Source: an uncultured Gammaproteobacteria bacterium
GTDB taxonomy: Bacteria; Pseudomonadota; Gammaproteobacteria; UBA9214
Reading direction: 5' to 3'
NCBI GenBank assembly: GCA_963748215.1
Contig: CAVVHS010000002.1
Span: 32,001-96,000 of the forward strand
Length of the DNA stretch: 64,000 bases
Numbering within the stretch: position 1 is the stretch's first letter; every line of letters begins with the position of its first letter. Shown here piece by piece: positions 19,642 through 34,053 of this stretch. Under the pieces are notes generated by a model. It was not told the DNA's origin, searched no databases, and saw only the letters and a list, made by a program, of their open reading frames with translations. The translations under genes and the position numbers were made by a program.

Positions 19642-20520
19642 TCACCGCAGCTCGGCCAGCAGGCTGTCAATCATGCCCTGCGCCTGGCCAAGATAACCGC
19701 CGCCGAACAGGTTAAGGTGATTGAGTACGTGGTAGAGGTTGTACAGCGGCTTGCGTGCACGATAGCCGGGATCCAGCGGCCAGGCCTCTTCGTAGGCGGC
19801 ATAGAAGCCGCTGCCGAAGCCGCCGAACAGTTCGGTCATGGCGATATCGGTCTCGCGGTCGCCATAGTATACCGCCGGGTCGAAGATGGCCGGCTCGCCG
19901 GCCTGCGTCCAGGCATGGTTGCCTGACCACAGGTCGCCGTGCAGCAGCGAGGCAGCCGGGGTGTAGCCATCGAACAGCTGCTGCAAGCCGTCCAGCAATA
20001 ATTCACCCTGCGCCTGCAGGCGCCCGCCGTGACCGTGCTGTGCCGCCAGCTCGAGCTGAAAACGCAGGCGCTGTTCGCGCCAGAACCCGATCCAGTCGTC
20101 AGTCAGCGGGTTGAGCTGCGGCGTCGAGCCGATGGTGTTGTCGCGCTCCCAGCCGTAGCGGTCCTGCGTGATACGGTGCATGGCGGCCAGGCCCGCACCC
20201 AGCGCACGGGCGTTGCCATGCCCGCCGAGTGGCAGGTATTCCAGTACCAGCCAGGCCGACTGCACATCGTTGCCAAAACATACCGGTGCGGGAATCCTCA
20301 ACTCACTGCACTGGCGCAGCGCCGCCAGCCCGGCCGCCTCGGCGGCAAACATGTCCGCCTTTCGCGCATTATTGAGCTTGACGAAGTAATCGGTATCGCC
20401 GTAGCGGATACGGCTTGCCTCGTTGATGCAACCGCCACCGATCGCGCCCTGCTGCTGCAGCTGGGCTGTGACACCGGTCGTCGCGGCGATGTCGTGTGCG
20501 ATGTTTTCCCAGAGAGACAT
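19642..20520 (-). CDS. Fructosamine kinase family protein
   Basis: GGGCIN, DNTIGSTPQ, LLHGDLWSGN, FDPAVYYGDRE. Confidence 0.93.
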   Translation of the reverse strand: MSLWENIAHDIAATTGVTAQLQQQGAIGGGCINEASRIRYGDTDYFVKLNNARKADMFAAEAAGLAALRQCSELRIPAPVCFGNDVQSAWLVLEYLPLGGHGNARALGAGLAAMHRITQDRYGWERDNTIGSTPQLNPLTDDWIGFWREQRLRFQLELAAQHGHGGRLQAQGELLLDGLQQLFDGYTPAASLLHGDLWSGNHAWTQAGEPAIFDPAVYYGDRETDIAMTELFGGFGSGFYAAYEEAWPLDPGYRARKPLYNLYHVLNHLNLFGGGYLGQAQGMIDSLLAELR

Positions 20521-20538
20521 AGTTGACTAACAAATTAA

Positions 20539-20737
20539 GCCACAGAGATCACGGAGGACACAGGGAAAATCCTTGCTGCGGACTCAATCCCGCTGTTAGT
20601 TTCCAACAATATACCTCACCGAGGCATGAATCATCTGTCTCGCGAAGTGACGGGCCAAACGGAAAACCGGCAACCACGGAACGGGCTTAAAAGCTGAAAA
20701 TAATTTGTTTCTCTGTGCATTCCGTGACCTCTGCGGC
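20539..20737. repeat. MITE/REP-like element with ~30-bp imperfect terminal inverted repeats
   Basis: GCCACAGAGATCACGGAGGACACAGGGAAA (20539-20568) vs TTTCTCTGTGCATTCCGTGACCTCTGCGGC (20708-20737). Confidence 0.6.
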
Positions 20738-20793
20738 AAGTATTTGGATTTTCTTTGCGCCTTGGTGTCTAAGCGCGAGACTGTTTTCAGCAC

Positions 20794-21687
20794 CTACAGT
20801 GTACGCACCAGCCGCGCCGCGGTCATGCGCCCCAGGCCAAGCCGTTCACACGCTACTGCGACATCCTCCGCATTCACCTTGCGTCGCCGCACGTCACGCA
20901 CGCCGGCACTGAGATCGGGATCGGTCGCGATACCGGTCAGCTTGCGCGCCAGCAATGCCGCCTCGCGATGCTCGCCGAGCAGGCGCTGCACGCGCGCGGC
21001 ACCACGCAGTTTCATATCCGCCACGCGTTCCAGGCCATCGAACAGTGCGTCCAGCGAACCGAATTCCGCCAGCAGCGCCGCGGCGGTCTTGGCACCGATA
21101 CCAGGCACACCGGGAATATTGTCCACCGCGTCACCGGTCAGGGCCAGCCAGTCCGCGACCTGCCCGGCATGCACGCCCAGCCATTCGATAACCTTTTCAT
21201 GGTGATGTTTGCGATTGCGCGAGTAGTCCCACAACAGGTCGCCCGGCGCAAGCAGCTGCGCAAGGTCCTTGTCGGCACTCAGGATTACCACGGAAAACTC
21301 ATGCCGGCGCAGGCGCGCAGCGAGCGTTCCGATCAGGTCATCGGCCTCGAAGCGCGGACTGGAAAACGCTGCAATGCCGAGCACGTCCACCAGCGAGCGG
21401 CAAAAGGCGAACTGCCGTTTCAGTTCCGCCGGCGGTGTTTCGCGGTTGGCCTTGTAGGGCGGGTAGATCTCGTTGCGAAACGAGGTGGTGAGACTTTCGT
21501 CGAATACCACGGCCAGGTGTTCCGGTTTGGCCTCGTCGAGCAGACCGCCCAGGAAACCGGCAAAGCCGTGCAGGGCGTTGATCGGTTCGCCGTCCGCATT
21601 GGTCAGCGTATCGGGGACCGAGTACCAGGCGCGGAAGATGTAGATGCTGGCGTCGACCAGGTAGACGCGCCGCTGGCTGCCTGACAC
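20794..21687 (-). CDS. 5'-3' exonuclease / flap endonuclease (stand-alone PolI N-terminal-like)
   Basis: LVDAS, FRNEIYPPYKANR, EADDLIG, DKD, LTGDAVDNIPGVPGIGAKTA (H3TH). Confidence 0.93.
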   Translation of the reverse strand: MSGSQRRVYLVDASIYIFRAWYSVPDTLTNADGEPINALHGFAGFLGGLLDEAKPEHLAVVFDESLTTSFRNEIYPPYKANRETPPAELKRQFAFCRSLVDVLGIAAFSSPRFEADDLIGTLAARLRRHEFSVVILSADKDLAQLLAPGDLLWDYSRNRKHHHEKVIEWLGVHAGQVADWLALTGDAVDNIPGVPGIGAKTAAALLAEFGSLDALFDGLERVADMKLRGAARVQRLLGEHREAALLARKLTGIATDPDLSAGVRDVRRRKVNAEDVAVACERLGLGRMTAARLVRTL

Positions 21688-21694
21688 GTCTCCG

Positions 21695-22294
21695 TCAGCC
21701 GCTCAGCGCCAGCCGTTCGTGCAACGGACTGCTGCGCGGAAAGTGCGCACGCAGGAATTCCATCTGGTCGGCAAGCACGCGCCGACCCTGCAGGTAAATA
21801 TACTCGGCGTGCGTCGGCGTGAATGGCACGGCCAGCAACTGCATGCCGGCCTGTTCCGGTGTGTGTCCGGCCTTGTGATTGTTGCAGCGCCGGCAGGCGG
21901 TGACGACGTTGTTCCAGGCATCCTGTCCACCCTGGATCACCGGCGTCACATGATCGCGCGACAGGTCGCGTACGTGAAAGGTCTCGCCGCAATACAGACA
22001 GAGGCTGGAATCGCGGCGGAACAGCGCCGGGTTGTTGAGTGGCGGCACGTAGGCCGAGCGCAGCTTGAGCAGCTCGCGGTTGCGGCCGTGGGTGGCGATG
22101 ATGGAATTGACCTCGATCACGCTCTGCCTCCCGGTCCTGGCGCAGATCCCGCCATGCACCCGGTACAGCAGCGTGCCGCAGGTATAGGCCACCTGCTCGA
22201 GATGGTAGAGACGAACCGCATCCTGGTAGCCGATCCATTCCAGCGGCATACCGGACACATCGGTGCGCAACACCTGATGACTTAAATCAACCAT
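21695..22294 (-). CDS. HNH endonuclease family protein
   Basis: CLYCG...DHVTP..GG..WNNVVTACRRCNNHK. Confidence 0.92.
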   Translation of the reverse strand: MVDLSHQVLRTDVSGMPLEWIGYQDAVRLYHLEQVAYTCGTLLYRVHGGICARTGRQSVIEVNSIIATHGRNRELLKLRSAYVPPLNNPALFRRDSSLCLYCGETFHVRDLSRDHVTPVIQGGQDAWNNVVTACRRCNNHKAGHTPEQAGMQLLAVPFTPTHAEYIYLQGRRVLADQMEFLRAHFPRSSPLHERLALSG

Positions 22295-22498
22295 GCCACT
22301 ACCTCGCGGACCGCATCAGGCAGCTGCCACCTGCAGCCCGCATACCCCTTGTAATTGTGTTTTTTCAGATTTCACCGAAGCCTAGCATGTTCAATAATCG
22401 CGCACCAGACAGGTACCGCGCCGCTACGGATTGTTTTCCTGCACCGCCCGTTACAGTAAGATGAGGCCCATAAAACATAACCGGGGCAGGGACTCACC

Positions 22499-24424
22499 AT
22501 GGCAGACAAGTTGACCTTCCGTCGCTATGCCGACGACGACCACGTCTGGAAGCGCTGGTCCGAGGACATCTTCAACGAAGATACCTCCTACAAGTGCCCG
22601 ACCTACGTCCACCGCACCCCGCCCTGCCAGGGAAGCTGCCCGTCCGGCGAGGACATCCGCGGCTGGCTGCAGATCGTGCGCGGCATCGAGAAACCGCCGG
22701 CCGGCATGCCCTGGCAGGAGTACGCCTTCCGTCGCTCCACCGACGCCAACCCCTTCCCCGCCATCATGGGGCGGGTCTGCCCGGCGCCCTGCCAGGAAGG
22801 CTGCAACCGCAACGAGGTGGAGGACTTCGTCGGCATCAACGCGGTGGAACAGTTCATCGGCGACCATGCCCTGGCCGCCAGGCTCGCCTTTCAGCGCCCG
22901 CCACAGGAGACCGGCAAGCGGGTCGCCATCATCGGCGGCGGCGTGGCGGGCCTGGCAGCCGCCTACCAGCTGCGCCGGCTGGGCCATGGCGCCACCCTCT
23001 TCGACGAGCGCGCGGAACTCGGCGGCATGACCCGCTACGGCATTCCGGGTTACCGCATGCCGCGCGACGTCATGGATGGCGAGATCCAGCGCATTCTCGA
23101 TATGGGCGTGGACGTCCACATGAACACCCGCGTCGGTCGCGACATCAGCTTCGCACAGCTGGAAAAAGACTACGACGCCATCGTGCTGGCCATCGGCGCG
23201 CAGCAGGGTCGCAACCTGGACATCCCCGGCGGCGAGGCACCCAACTGCGTGAGCGGCGTGGCCTTCCTGGCGGCCTTCAACGAGGGCCGCATGCACTTCA
23301 CCGCGGGCAAGGTCGTGGTGATCGGCGGCGGCGACACCGCCATGGACGTGGTCTCGGTGGCACGCCGCCTCGGCCACATCAGCACCACCCACGAAAACGA
23401 TCGCCCGGAGGCAGTCATCCGCAACCATACCGCACATGACGTCGCCGCCACCGCCAGCCGCGAGGGCTCCGAGGTCATGCTGATCTACCGCCGCCCGATC
23501 GAGAACATGCCGGCGGCCGAGCACGAACGCGTAACCGCGAAGAAAGAAGGTATCGAGCTGCGCGGCAATCTGGCGCCGGTGGAACTGGTGCTGGGCGAGG
23601 ACGGCCGCGCCAGGGCGCTGCGCGTCATCGAGGTTGACTGGAGCAGCGGCAGGATGGTCGAGAAGGCCGGCTCGGAATTCGACATCGAGTGCGACCTGGT
23701 CGTACCGGCCGTGGGCCAGTCCGGCGACCTGACCGGCCTGGAGCAGTTCGACAATGGCCGCGGCCTGATCGACGCCGACCAGTTCTTCCAGCTCCCCGAC
23801 AAACCCGGCTACTTCGCCTGCGGCGATATCGTGCGCCCGCACCTGCTGACCACCGCCATCGGCCAGGCAGCTGTCACGGTCGACAGCATCGACCGCTACC
23901 TGCGCGAGGCCGGGACCGGCCGCCGGCCCAAGGTCGACGTGCATCACTTCAACCTGCTGGAGAAACTGCGCGAAACCAGCCTGGCCCCGGCGGAGTATGC
24001 ACACTTCCAGGAGTGGGGCACTGACAGCGCGTCCTATGCGGTGCACAACTACGAGGACCGCTCGCAGAGCGAAATCATCCCGCACGAACTGCTCTACCTG
24101 GGACATTTCCCGTTCACACCGCGCAACCAGCGTCTCGAGACCGGTGTCGGCGCCGACCAGGTGCTGGGCCATTTCGAGGAACGCTTCCGCGGCCTGGGCG
24201 AGGAACAGGCACAGGCCGAAGCCGAACGCTGCATGAGCTGCGGCATGTGCTTCGAGTGCGACAACTGCGTGATCTACTGCCCGCAGGACGCCGTAAAGCG
24301 CACGCCGAAGGACCGCGCGACCATGGGCCGCTACGTATACACCGATTATGACCGCTGCATCGGCTGCCACATCTGCGCCGAGGTCTGCCCGACCGGTTAC
24401 ATCAACATGGGCATGGGTGCCTGA
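22499..24424 (+). CDS. dsrL: DsrL-like iron-sulfur flavoprotein NAD(P)H oxidoreductase
   Basis: KCPTYVHRTPPCQGSCPSGEDIRGWL, GRVCPAPC, two Rossmann folds, C-terminal CMSCGMCFECDNC and CIGCHICAEVCP ferredoxin motifs. Confidence 0.88.
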   Translation: MADKLTFRRYADDDHVWKRWSEDIFNEDTSYKCPTYVHRTPPCQGSCPSGEDIRGWLQIVRGIEKPPAGMPWQEYAFRRSTDANPFPAIMGRVCPAPCQEGCNRNEVEDFVGINAVEQFIGDHALAARLAFQRPPQETGKRVAIIGGGVAGLAAAYQLRRLGHGATLFDERAELGGMTRYGIPGYRMPRDVMDGEIQRILDMGVDVHMNTRVGRDISFAQLEKDYDAIVLAIGAQQGRNLDIPGGEAPNCVSGVAFLAAFNEGRMHFTAGKVVVIGGGDTAMDVVSVARRLGHISTTHENDRPEAVIRNHTAHDVAATASREGSEVMLIYRRPIENMPAAEHERVTAKKEGIELRGNLAPVELVLGEDGRARALRVIEVDWSSGRMVEKAGSEFDIECDLVVPAVGQSGDLTGLEQFDNGRGLIDADQFFQLPDKPGYFACGDIVRPHLLTTAIGQAAVTVDSIDRYLREAGTGRRPKVDVHHFNLLEKLRETSLAPAEYAHFQEWGTDSASYAVHNYEDRSQSEIIPHELLYLGHFPFTPRNQRLETGVGADQVLGHFEERFRGLGEEQAQAEAERCMSCGMCFECDNCVIYCPQDAVKRTPKDRATMGRYVYTDYDRCIGCHICAEVCPTGYINMGMGA

Positions 24425-24684
24425 TTCAAGGGGGGGCGGCCAGCGCCGATAATTCAGCCCGTGACCAGGAATCGAAAAATATATCACCTGCGAACCACTT
24501 GTTTGCGTGCAGCGAGTTAACAGAAACGTGAAACAGAGCACTTTTTTTCTGAATTGAAATGGGCTAATATTCCCAAACCTGTCGGGACGCAGCACCCTCA
24601 AGAACTGCTGACCGGCACCCGTAAACAACCTGACATGTAACTTGCCCCGGGCCGCAGGCACGACAAGTCGCATCGGAGATCGCT

Positions 24685-25818
24685 ATGCCGATACGAATTG
24701 CCGTGCCCGATGAACTGACCCCCGATGAGCGCCGCGTCGCGCTCGTTCCCTCCGTCGCCGAACTGCTGTCGAATCAAGGCTTGCAGGTCCGCATCCAGGC
24801 CGGCGCCGGCTGCGCCGCCTACTACCGTGACCGCGATTACACCACCGCCGAAATCGTGGAGGACCGGGCAACATTGCTCGGCGAGGCGGACATCGTACTG
24901 ACGGTGGACCCGCTTGAGCTGAAAGACATCGCCCTGCTTCGCGAGGGCACCATTGTTATCGGCTTTCTGCACCCGCACGAATTCGACGACCGCATCAGTG
25001 CCCTGCGCGACCACAACATCACCGGCTTTGCCATGGAACTGGTCCCGCGCATCTCGCGCGCCCAGAACATGGATGCGCTCTCGTCGCAGGCCTCGATCGG
25101 CGGCTACAAGGCGGCACTGATGGCGGCGAATCGCACAGCGCGCTTCTTCCCCATGCTGACCACGGCCGCCGGCACCATCCGGCCGGCCAAGGTGCTGATC
25201 ATCGGTGTCGGCGTGGCCGGCCTGCAGGCCATCGCGACGGCAAAACGGCTCGGCGCCAGGGTCGAGGCCTACGACGTACGCCCGGAAACGCGTGAACAGG
25301 TCGAATCGCTGGGCGCGAAGTTCGTCGATGTGAAGGTCAATGCCGTCGGCGAGGGCGGCTATGCCCGCGAGCTGTCCGAGGATGAAAAACGTCAGGAAAT
25401 GGAAGTGCTTGCAGAGCACGTGGCGCAGGCCGATGCCATTATCTCGACCGCCGGCGTGCCCGGGCGACCTGCGCCGAAGATCATCACCACCGCCATGGTC
25501 GAGCAGATGAAGCCCGGCGCGGTCATCATCGACCTGGCCGCCTACAGCGGCGGCAACTGCGAGCTGACCATTCCCGGCGAATCCTTCGGCCATGAACTGG
25601 TCATGATCTACGGTCCGCTCAACGTGCCGGCCATGATGCCGGTGCACGCCAGCGAGATGTACGCCAAGAACCTCTACAACTTCCTGTCGCTGATCGTTCA
25701 CGACGGCGAAATCAAGCCGGACTGGGAGGACGAGATCGTCGCCAGCAGCGTGCTGACCCGCGACCGGAAGATCCAGCATGAACTCACCCGGCAACGGATC
25801 GAAGGAGGTGCCGCATGA
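24685..25818 (+). CDS. pntA: NAD(P) transhydrogenase subunit alpha, part 1
   Basis: ERRVAL, RISRAQNMDALSSQ, GVGVAGLQAIATA, DLAAYSGGNCE. Confidence 0.96.
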   Translation: MPIRIAVPDELTPDERRVALVPSVAELLSNQGLQVRIQAGAGCAAYYRDRDYTTAEIVEDRATLLGEADIVLTVDPLELKDIALLREGTIVIGFLHPHEFDDRISALRDHNITGFAMELVPRISRAQNMDALSSQASIGGYKAALMAANRTARFFPMLTTAAGTIRPAKVLIIGVGVAGLQAIATAKRLGARVEAYDVRPETREQVESLGAKFVDVKVNAVGEGGYARELSEDEKRQEMEVLAEHVAQADAIISTAGVPGRPAPKIITTAMVEQMKPGAVIIDLAAYSGGNCELTIPGESFGHELVMIYGPLNVPAMMPVHASEMYAKNLYNFLSLIVHDGEIKPDWEDEIVASSVLTRDRKIQHELTRQRIEGGAA

Positions 25819-26107
25819 TTGCCGGCATGACAGCACTCTATATCTTCATGCTCGCGGCCTTTACCGGCTACGAGATCATCAGCCGGGTCCCGGTCATCCT
25901 GCACACGCCGCTGATGTCCGGTTCCAACTTCGTGCACGGCATCGTGCTGGTCGGCGCCATGGTCGTCATGGGTCATGCCCACAGCCCGCTGGAGCAGGTC
26001 ATCGGCTTCCTCGGCGTCATGCTGGCGGCCGGCAACGCGGTCGGCGGCTACGTCGTCACGGAACGCATGCTGGACATGTTCAAGAGCAGCAAGAAGGGGG
26101 CAAAATA

Positions 26108-26108
<1 letters not shown>
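25815..26108 (+). CDS. pntA: NAD(P) transhydrogenase subunit alpha, part 2 (membrane)
   Basis: LHTPLMSGSN, GGYVVTERMLDMF. Confidence 0.95.
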
Positions 26109-27478
<1,370 letters not shown>

Positions 27479-27489
27479 GCACCGACCGG

Positions 27490-27528
27490 ACCGACCCGCA
27501 GTCCAGCCACGACGGACTGCGGGTCGGT
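27490..27528 (+). terminator. Hairpin after pntB, likely intrinsic terminator
   Basis: ACCGACCCGCAGTCC-N9-GGACTGCGGGTCGGT perfect 15-bp stem; weak U tract. Confidence 0.6.
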
Positions 27529-27718
27529 TAGTATTTCTCGCCGACATCAATCCCTCTCCGGCAACGCAGTGCTATCATGGCCCGCGCCTTACCCGATCCG
27601 GCGGACCGGGCATTCTGATCGTGGCTCAAAATGGTGCATAAATTCCCCCGTTTATAGCCTGTAAATTGACGCTGAACGACCCGCAAACCACCGCGAACGA
27701 CAATCGCCACGGCTGCGC

Positions 27719-27929
27719 TTATACACAGCGGGCGGTTGACAAGGGAAAATCGCCGTCAATTGATCCGGATCAATATTAGCAGCTTATAATTTATTGCATC
27801 TTATTGATATTATACATAATTATTAAATGGATAAAAATCAGCCAATCTAACATCTGTGCTGAAAATATAGGGGTTTGGCTAGCTTTACCCCAAACAATCC
27901 ACAAAGTTATCCACAGGTTTTGTGGATAA
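27719..27929. promoter_or_regulatory. DnaA-box cluster with AT-rich tract (putative oriC or DnaA regulatory site)
   Basis: TTATACACA 27719-27727, TTATCCACA 27907-27915, TGTGGATAA 27921-27929, degenerate CAATCCACA 27895-27903; AT-rich 27773-27840; GATC sites. Confidence 0.6.
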
Positions 27930-28038
27930 CAAACCCTGCTCAATTGGATGAAGAGCTTAGCTCTCAATAGTGAGAAGTTTTCTCAATCAGTGACTGTAAA
28001 GTGACTTTGTCACCACGCCATTTTCACCTGACCTCGCC

Positions 28039-30234
<2,196 letters not shown>

Positions 30235-30312
30235 CCGGTTGCAAGATATCCGGCGGGCCGGATAATAACCGGCTTGGCCCTGCGCGGCACCGTTCCTGTC
30301 GGAGTGTCTAGG

Positions 30313-30474
30313 TGTAGGAGCGGATCTCATCCGCGATTGACTTTCCGGACAGGTCATCGCGGATGTTATCCGCTCCCGCACAGGTGCATTTATGAATGAA
30401 TATTGTGGTAGGAGCGCTTCTCAAGCGCGATCGTCTTTCCGGACAGCTCATCGCGGATGAGATCCGCTCCTACA
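30313..30474. repeat. Two tandem GTAG-family REP doublets (REPIN/BIME-like)
   Basis: GTAGGAGCGGATCTCATCCGCGAT...ATCGCGGATGTTATCCGCTCCCGC and GTAGGAGCGCTTCTCAAGCGCGAT...ATCGCGGATGAGATCCGCTCCTAC with near-identical spacers. Confidence 0.85.
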
Positions 30475-30550
30475 GATGCAATTGTGGTCGCACGGGTCCG
30501 ACCCAATACCTAATTCGCGCGGCTCGGCCGCGCCCGCATATCAGGATCAC

Positions 30551-32311
30551 GTGAAAGAACATATCTCCAGCATACTGGCCGACGCGGTGTACCGGTTGCA
30601 GCTCGCCGGGTCGCTGCCCTCCGCAGACCTGCCGGACATCCAGGTCGAGCGCACGCGCGAGCGTGCACACGGCGATTTCGCGACCAACTTCGCCATGCTG
30701 CTGGCGAAGCCGGCACGACGCAAGCCGCGTGAACTGGCCGAGCTGCTGGTGGCTGCCATCGAGCCCGGCGCCGGGATCAGCCGCATTGAGATCGCCGGCC
30801 CCGGCTTCATCAACTTCTACCTGGCTGCCAACGCCTGGCACGGCGTGGTACGCGACGCGCTGGAGCACGGCGCCGGGTTCGGTCGCAGCAAGCACGGCAC
30901 GGGCCAGCGCGTGCAGGTCGAATTCGTCTCCGCCAATCCCACCGGGCCGCTGCACGTCGGCCACGGCCGCGGCGCGGCCTACGGCGCCGCCGTCGCCGAC
31001 CTGCTCGAGGCGATCGGGTTCGACGTGCACCGCGAATACTACGTGAACGATGCCGGCCGCCAGATGGACATCCTCGCCGCCAGCGTCTACCTGCGTTACC
31101 TCGAACTGTGTGGCGATACCGTGGTGTTCCCGGCCAACGGCTACCAGGGCGATTACGTGTGGGACATCGCTGCCACGCTGCATCGCGAAGGTGGCGACGT
31201 GCTGCGTCATCCGGCGGACGTGGTGTTCGAGGGCGTACCGCCAGACGCGCCGGCAGGCGGCGACAAGGAAGAACACATCGACGGTCTTATCGAACGCATC
31301 AAGGATCTGCTCGACGCCAGTAACTACCGCCACGTCTTCGACGAGGGACTTGGCGCCATCCTCGACGACATTCGCCGCGACCTCGGGGAATTTGGCGTGA
31401 CCTATGACGAGTGGTTCTCGGAACGCTCGCTGACCGAAAGCAACGCGGTCATGCGCTGCATGGACCGGCTGCGGGACAGCGGCCACGTCTACGAAAAGGA
31501 TGGCGCACAGTGGTTCCGTTCCACTGACTACGGCGACGAAAAAGACCGCGTCATCGTGCGCGACAACGGCCAGACCACCTACTTTGCCTCCGACATCGCC
31601 TACCACGCCAACAAGCTGGAGCGCGGCTACCACCGCGTTATCGACATCTGGGGCGCCGATCACCACGGCTACGTGCCGCGCGTGAAGGCCGCACTCAGCG
31701 CGCTGGGCGACGATCCCGGCCGGCTCGATGTGCTGCTGGTGCAGTTCGCGATCCTCTACCGCCATGGCGAGAAGGTGCAGATGTCGACGCGCTCCGGCGA
31801 ATTCGTCACGCTGCGCGAACTGCGCCACGAGGTCGGCAACGATGCCGCGCGCTTCTTCTACGTCATGCGCAAGTGCGAACAGCACATGGACTTCGACCTG
31901 GACCTCGCCAAGTCAGAGTCCAACGACAACCCGGTGTACTACATCCAGTATGCGCATGCGCGCGTGCGCAGCGTGTTTCGCCAGCTCGCCGAAAAACAGC
32001 TGCACTGGGACCAGGCCGCGGGCCTGGCCGCGCTGGACACCCTTGTCGAGGCGCACGAGGACGCATTGCTGGTCAATCTGTCGCGCTACCCCGAAGTCCT
32101 GGAAAGCGCGGCGCTCAACCACGAACCGCACCAGCTGACGCACTACCTGCGCGAACTGGCGAACGATTTCCACACCTATTACAACGCGCACAAGTTCATC
32201 ATCGATGACGATGCGCTGCGCAACGCGCGCCTGGCGTTGATCGAGGCGACCCGGCAGGTGATCGAAAACGGGCTGCGGCTGCTGGGCGTGTCCGCGCCGG
32301 ACAGCATGTAG
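30551..32311 (+). CDS. argS: Arginine--tRNA ligase
   Basis: [42 protein letters not shown]; GTG start after AGGA. Confidence 0.98.
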   Translation: MKEHISSILADAVYRLQLAGSLPSADLPDIQVERTRERAHGDFATNFAMLLAKPARRKPRELAELLVAAIEPGAGISRIEIAGPGFINFYLAANAWHGVVRDALEHGAGFGRSKHGTGQRVQVEFVSANPTGPLHVGHGRGAAYGAAVADLLEAIGFDVHREYYVNDAGRQMDILAASVYLRYLELCGDTVVFPANGYQGDYVWDIAATLHREGGDVLRHPADVVFEGVPPDAPAGGDKEEHIDGLIERIKDLLDASNYRHVFDEGLGAILDDIRRDLGEFGVTYDEWFSERSLTESNAVMRCMDRLRDSGHVYEKDGAQWFRSTDYGDEKDRVIVRDNGQTTYFASDIAYHANKLERGYHRVIDIWGADHHGYVPRVKAALSALGDDPGRLDVLLVQFAILYRHGEKVQMSTRSGEFVTLRELRHEVGNDAARFFYVMRKCEQHMDFDLDLAKSESNDNPVYYIQYAHARVRSVFRQLAEKQLHWDQAAGLAALDTLVEAHEDALLVNLSRYPEVLESAALNHEPHQLTHYLRELANDFHTYYNAHKFIIDDDALRNARLALIEATRQVIENGLRLLGVSAPDSM

Positions 32312-32322
32312 GCCGGCGCACC

Positions 32323-32910
32323 ATGGCACGCGACTACAAGCACCGCGCCCGCGACCGCAGGAAGAAATCCGGGCTCTCTCCCTGGGTGGGCGTGGTCTCC
32401 GGCCTGCTGATCGGCCTGTTCGTCGCCTTCCTGGTCTACATCAGGATGCAGGCCGCACCGGTACAGCAGGTGTTCGTCAAGGAGACCCTTCCGCCACCGC
32501 AGCAGCAGCCGGCCGAAGCGGTACGCAAGGCGGCCGAAGGCAAGCAGGCACCCGAACCGCCGCCCAAGCCACGCTTCGATTTCTACACCCTGCTGCCGGA
32601 AATGGAGGTGCTCGTGCCGGAGCAGGAAATTACCGGCAAGCCCGAACAGGGCGTGCCGCAGGTCGAGGCGCCAGGCACCTATTTCCTGCAGGTCGGTTCA
32701 TTCCGCAACAGTGAACAGGCCGACCGCTTCAAGGCGGAACTGGCCCTGCTCGGGCTGGAGACCGGCATCCAGAAAGTCACCATCGACAACAAGACCACGT
32801 GGCACCGCGTGCGCGTCGGCCCGTTCAGCGACCTCGATGACCTGAACAAGACCCGCCGCCTGCTCAAGCAACGCGGCGTGGAGAGCACGCTGGTCAAGGT
32901 CACCGGCTAG
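32323..32910 (+). CDS. SPOR-domain cell division protein (FtsN-like)
   Basis: MARDY start, one TM, FDFYTLLP, YFLQVGSF...WHRVRVGP; priA-argS-SPOR synteny. Confidence 0.9.
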   Translation: MARDYKHRARDRRKKSGLSPWVGVVSGLLIGLFVAFLVYIRMQAAPVQQVFVKETLPPPQQQPAEAVRKAAEGKQAPEPPPKPRFDFYTLLPEMEVLVPEQEITGKPEQGVPQVEAPGTYFLQVGSFRNSEQADRFKAELALLGLETGIQKVTIDNKTTWHRVRVGPFSDLDDLNKTRRLLKQRGVESTLVKVTG

Positions 32911-33146
32911 CAACGGTCGTGGTCTTGCACGTCAGCAACCAGAACAAGCACCCGCAGGAGCGGAACGCGTCCACGATCATTTCATCATCCATCGCGCGAC
33001 GCACAGTGATGTGCAAGTGCCGCGAGAGGGCATGGAGCAGGTGAGACCATTTTTACGGGCATAGCCCGGTCCGAGAGACTGGCCTGGGCCATGCCTGTAG
33101 CGGCCTTGTGAAGCGCCCCTACGGCAACAGGTATACCGGGAGGGCG

Positions 33147-33527
33147 TCAGTCATCCTTCTTTTTCAGCAGGTCGGCGAGGCCGGCCAGCGCCTTGTGCGA
33201 CGTCTGCAGGCCATCACTGCCCGCGCCACCCGCGGCCGGGTCCAGCTGTTCCAGGTAGCGCGCGTGTTCGTTGTCGTGACAATACAGGCACAGCAACTCC
33301 CAGTTGCTGCCATCGGACGGGTTGTTGTCGTGGTTGTGATCGCGGTGATGCACGGTCAGTTCGTGCAGGTTGGCGCGGGTGAACTCGCGCGAGCAGCGTC
33401 CGCACACCCAGGGATAGAGTTTGAGCGCCTGTTCCCGGTACCCGGCCTCGCGTTGCGCACGGCTTTGCCGCGCCCTTGCCACGACCGAGTCCAGCTTGCC
33501 GTTACCGGGTTTTCTGTCCCGCGTCAT
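33147..33527 (-). CDS. yajD: YajD-family HNH nuclease
   Basis: YREQALKLYPWVCGRCSREF..LTVHHRDHNHDNNPSDGSNWELLCLYCHDNEH. Confidence 0.9.
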   Translation of the reverse strand: MTRDRKPGNGKLDSVVARARQSRAQREAGYREQALKLYPWVCGRCSREFTRANLHELTVHHRDHNHDNNPSDGSNWELLCLYCHDNEHARYLEQLDPAAGGAGSDGLQTSHKALAGLADLLKKKDD

Positions 33528-33537
33528 ACACTGTGCT

Positions 33538-33960
33538 TCATTTGAGCGGTTTGCAGTTGTCCACGCGCAGCCAGAGCGCACTGCAATCGTCGCCGACAGG
33601 CAGGGCCTTGATGTCTTCCGCTATCAGGCACACCGATTCACCCTTTTTTACGACCGTATTGCCGTCCCAGCTGATGTCTTCCCTGAAGGTATGCACCTCG
33701 ATGACGCCCACCGGTATGGTGTAATCCTGGTACCTGACGGTATCTCCGAGCTTGATGATATCGCCCTCGTGCTCCACCACGCCGACCATCCCCGATTTGC
33801 AGGACTGGTCCTTTCCCTGGCGCGCGTGTCTCAGCAGCACGATCTTGCCCCCGGAAACGTTAACCTCGTGTGCCGCCGCTGTGTCGTATTCGATGGCGGA
33901 TACGGACTGGCCAAGCAGCAGACCGGCCAGCAGGGCAGCACCCGGAATCTTGCCTGTCAT
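33538..33960 (-). CDS. Exported hypothetical protein
   Basis: Signal peptide, 4 Cys, RBS GGAG. Confidence 0.7.
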   Translation of the reverse strand: MTGKIPGAALLAGLLLGQSVSAIEYDTAAAHEVNVSGGKIVLLRHARQGKDQSCKSGMVGVVEHEGDIIKLGDTVRYQDYTIPVGVIEVHTFREDISWDGNTVVKKGESVCLIAEDIKALPVGDDCSALWLRVDNCKPLK

Positions 33961-34053
33961 TATTATCTCTCCTGGTCTTTTCTGTCTGACACCGGATCAC
34001 CCTGGCATGCCCCGGCGCGTATTGCACCCGGCAAGGTGGCCGGGCGTCCAACA

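Noticed and set aside
20794-22294. HNH + 5'-3' exonuclease as a defence system
   Set aside because: Core-like composition and context, no accompanying defence genes; more likely housekeeping or repair
22451-24673. 740-aa minus-strand ORF and similar long antisense ORFs over argS, pnt, priA and the IS
   Set aside because: Shadow ORFs of high-GC coding regions opposite well-supported genes
24655-24673. Sigma54 promoter upstream of pntA
   Set aside because: AGGCAC-N5-GTCGC deviates from TGGCAC-N5-TTGC and lies too close to the start codon
25778-26107. N-terminal extension of pntB in the 566-aa ORF
   Set aside because: Overlaps the real pntA part 2 gene; pntB starts at ATG 26108
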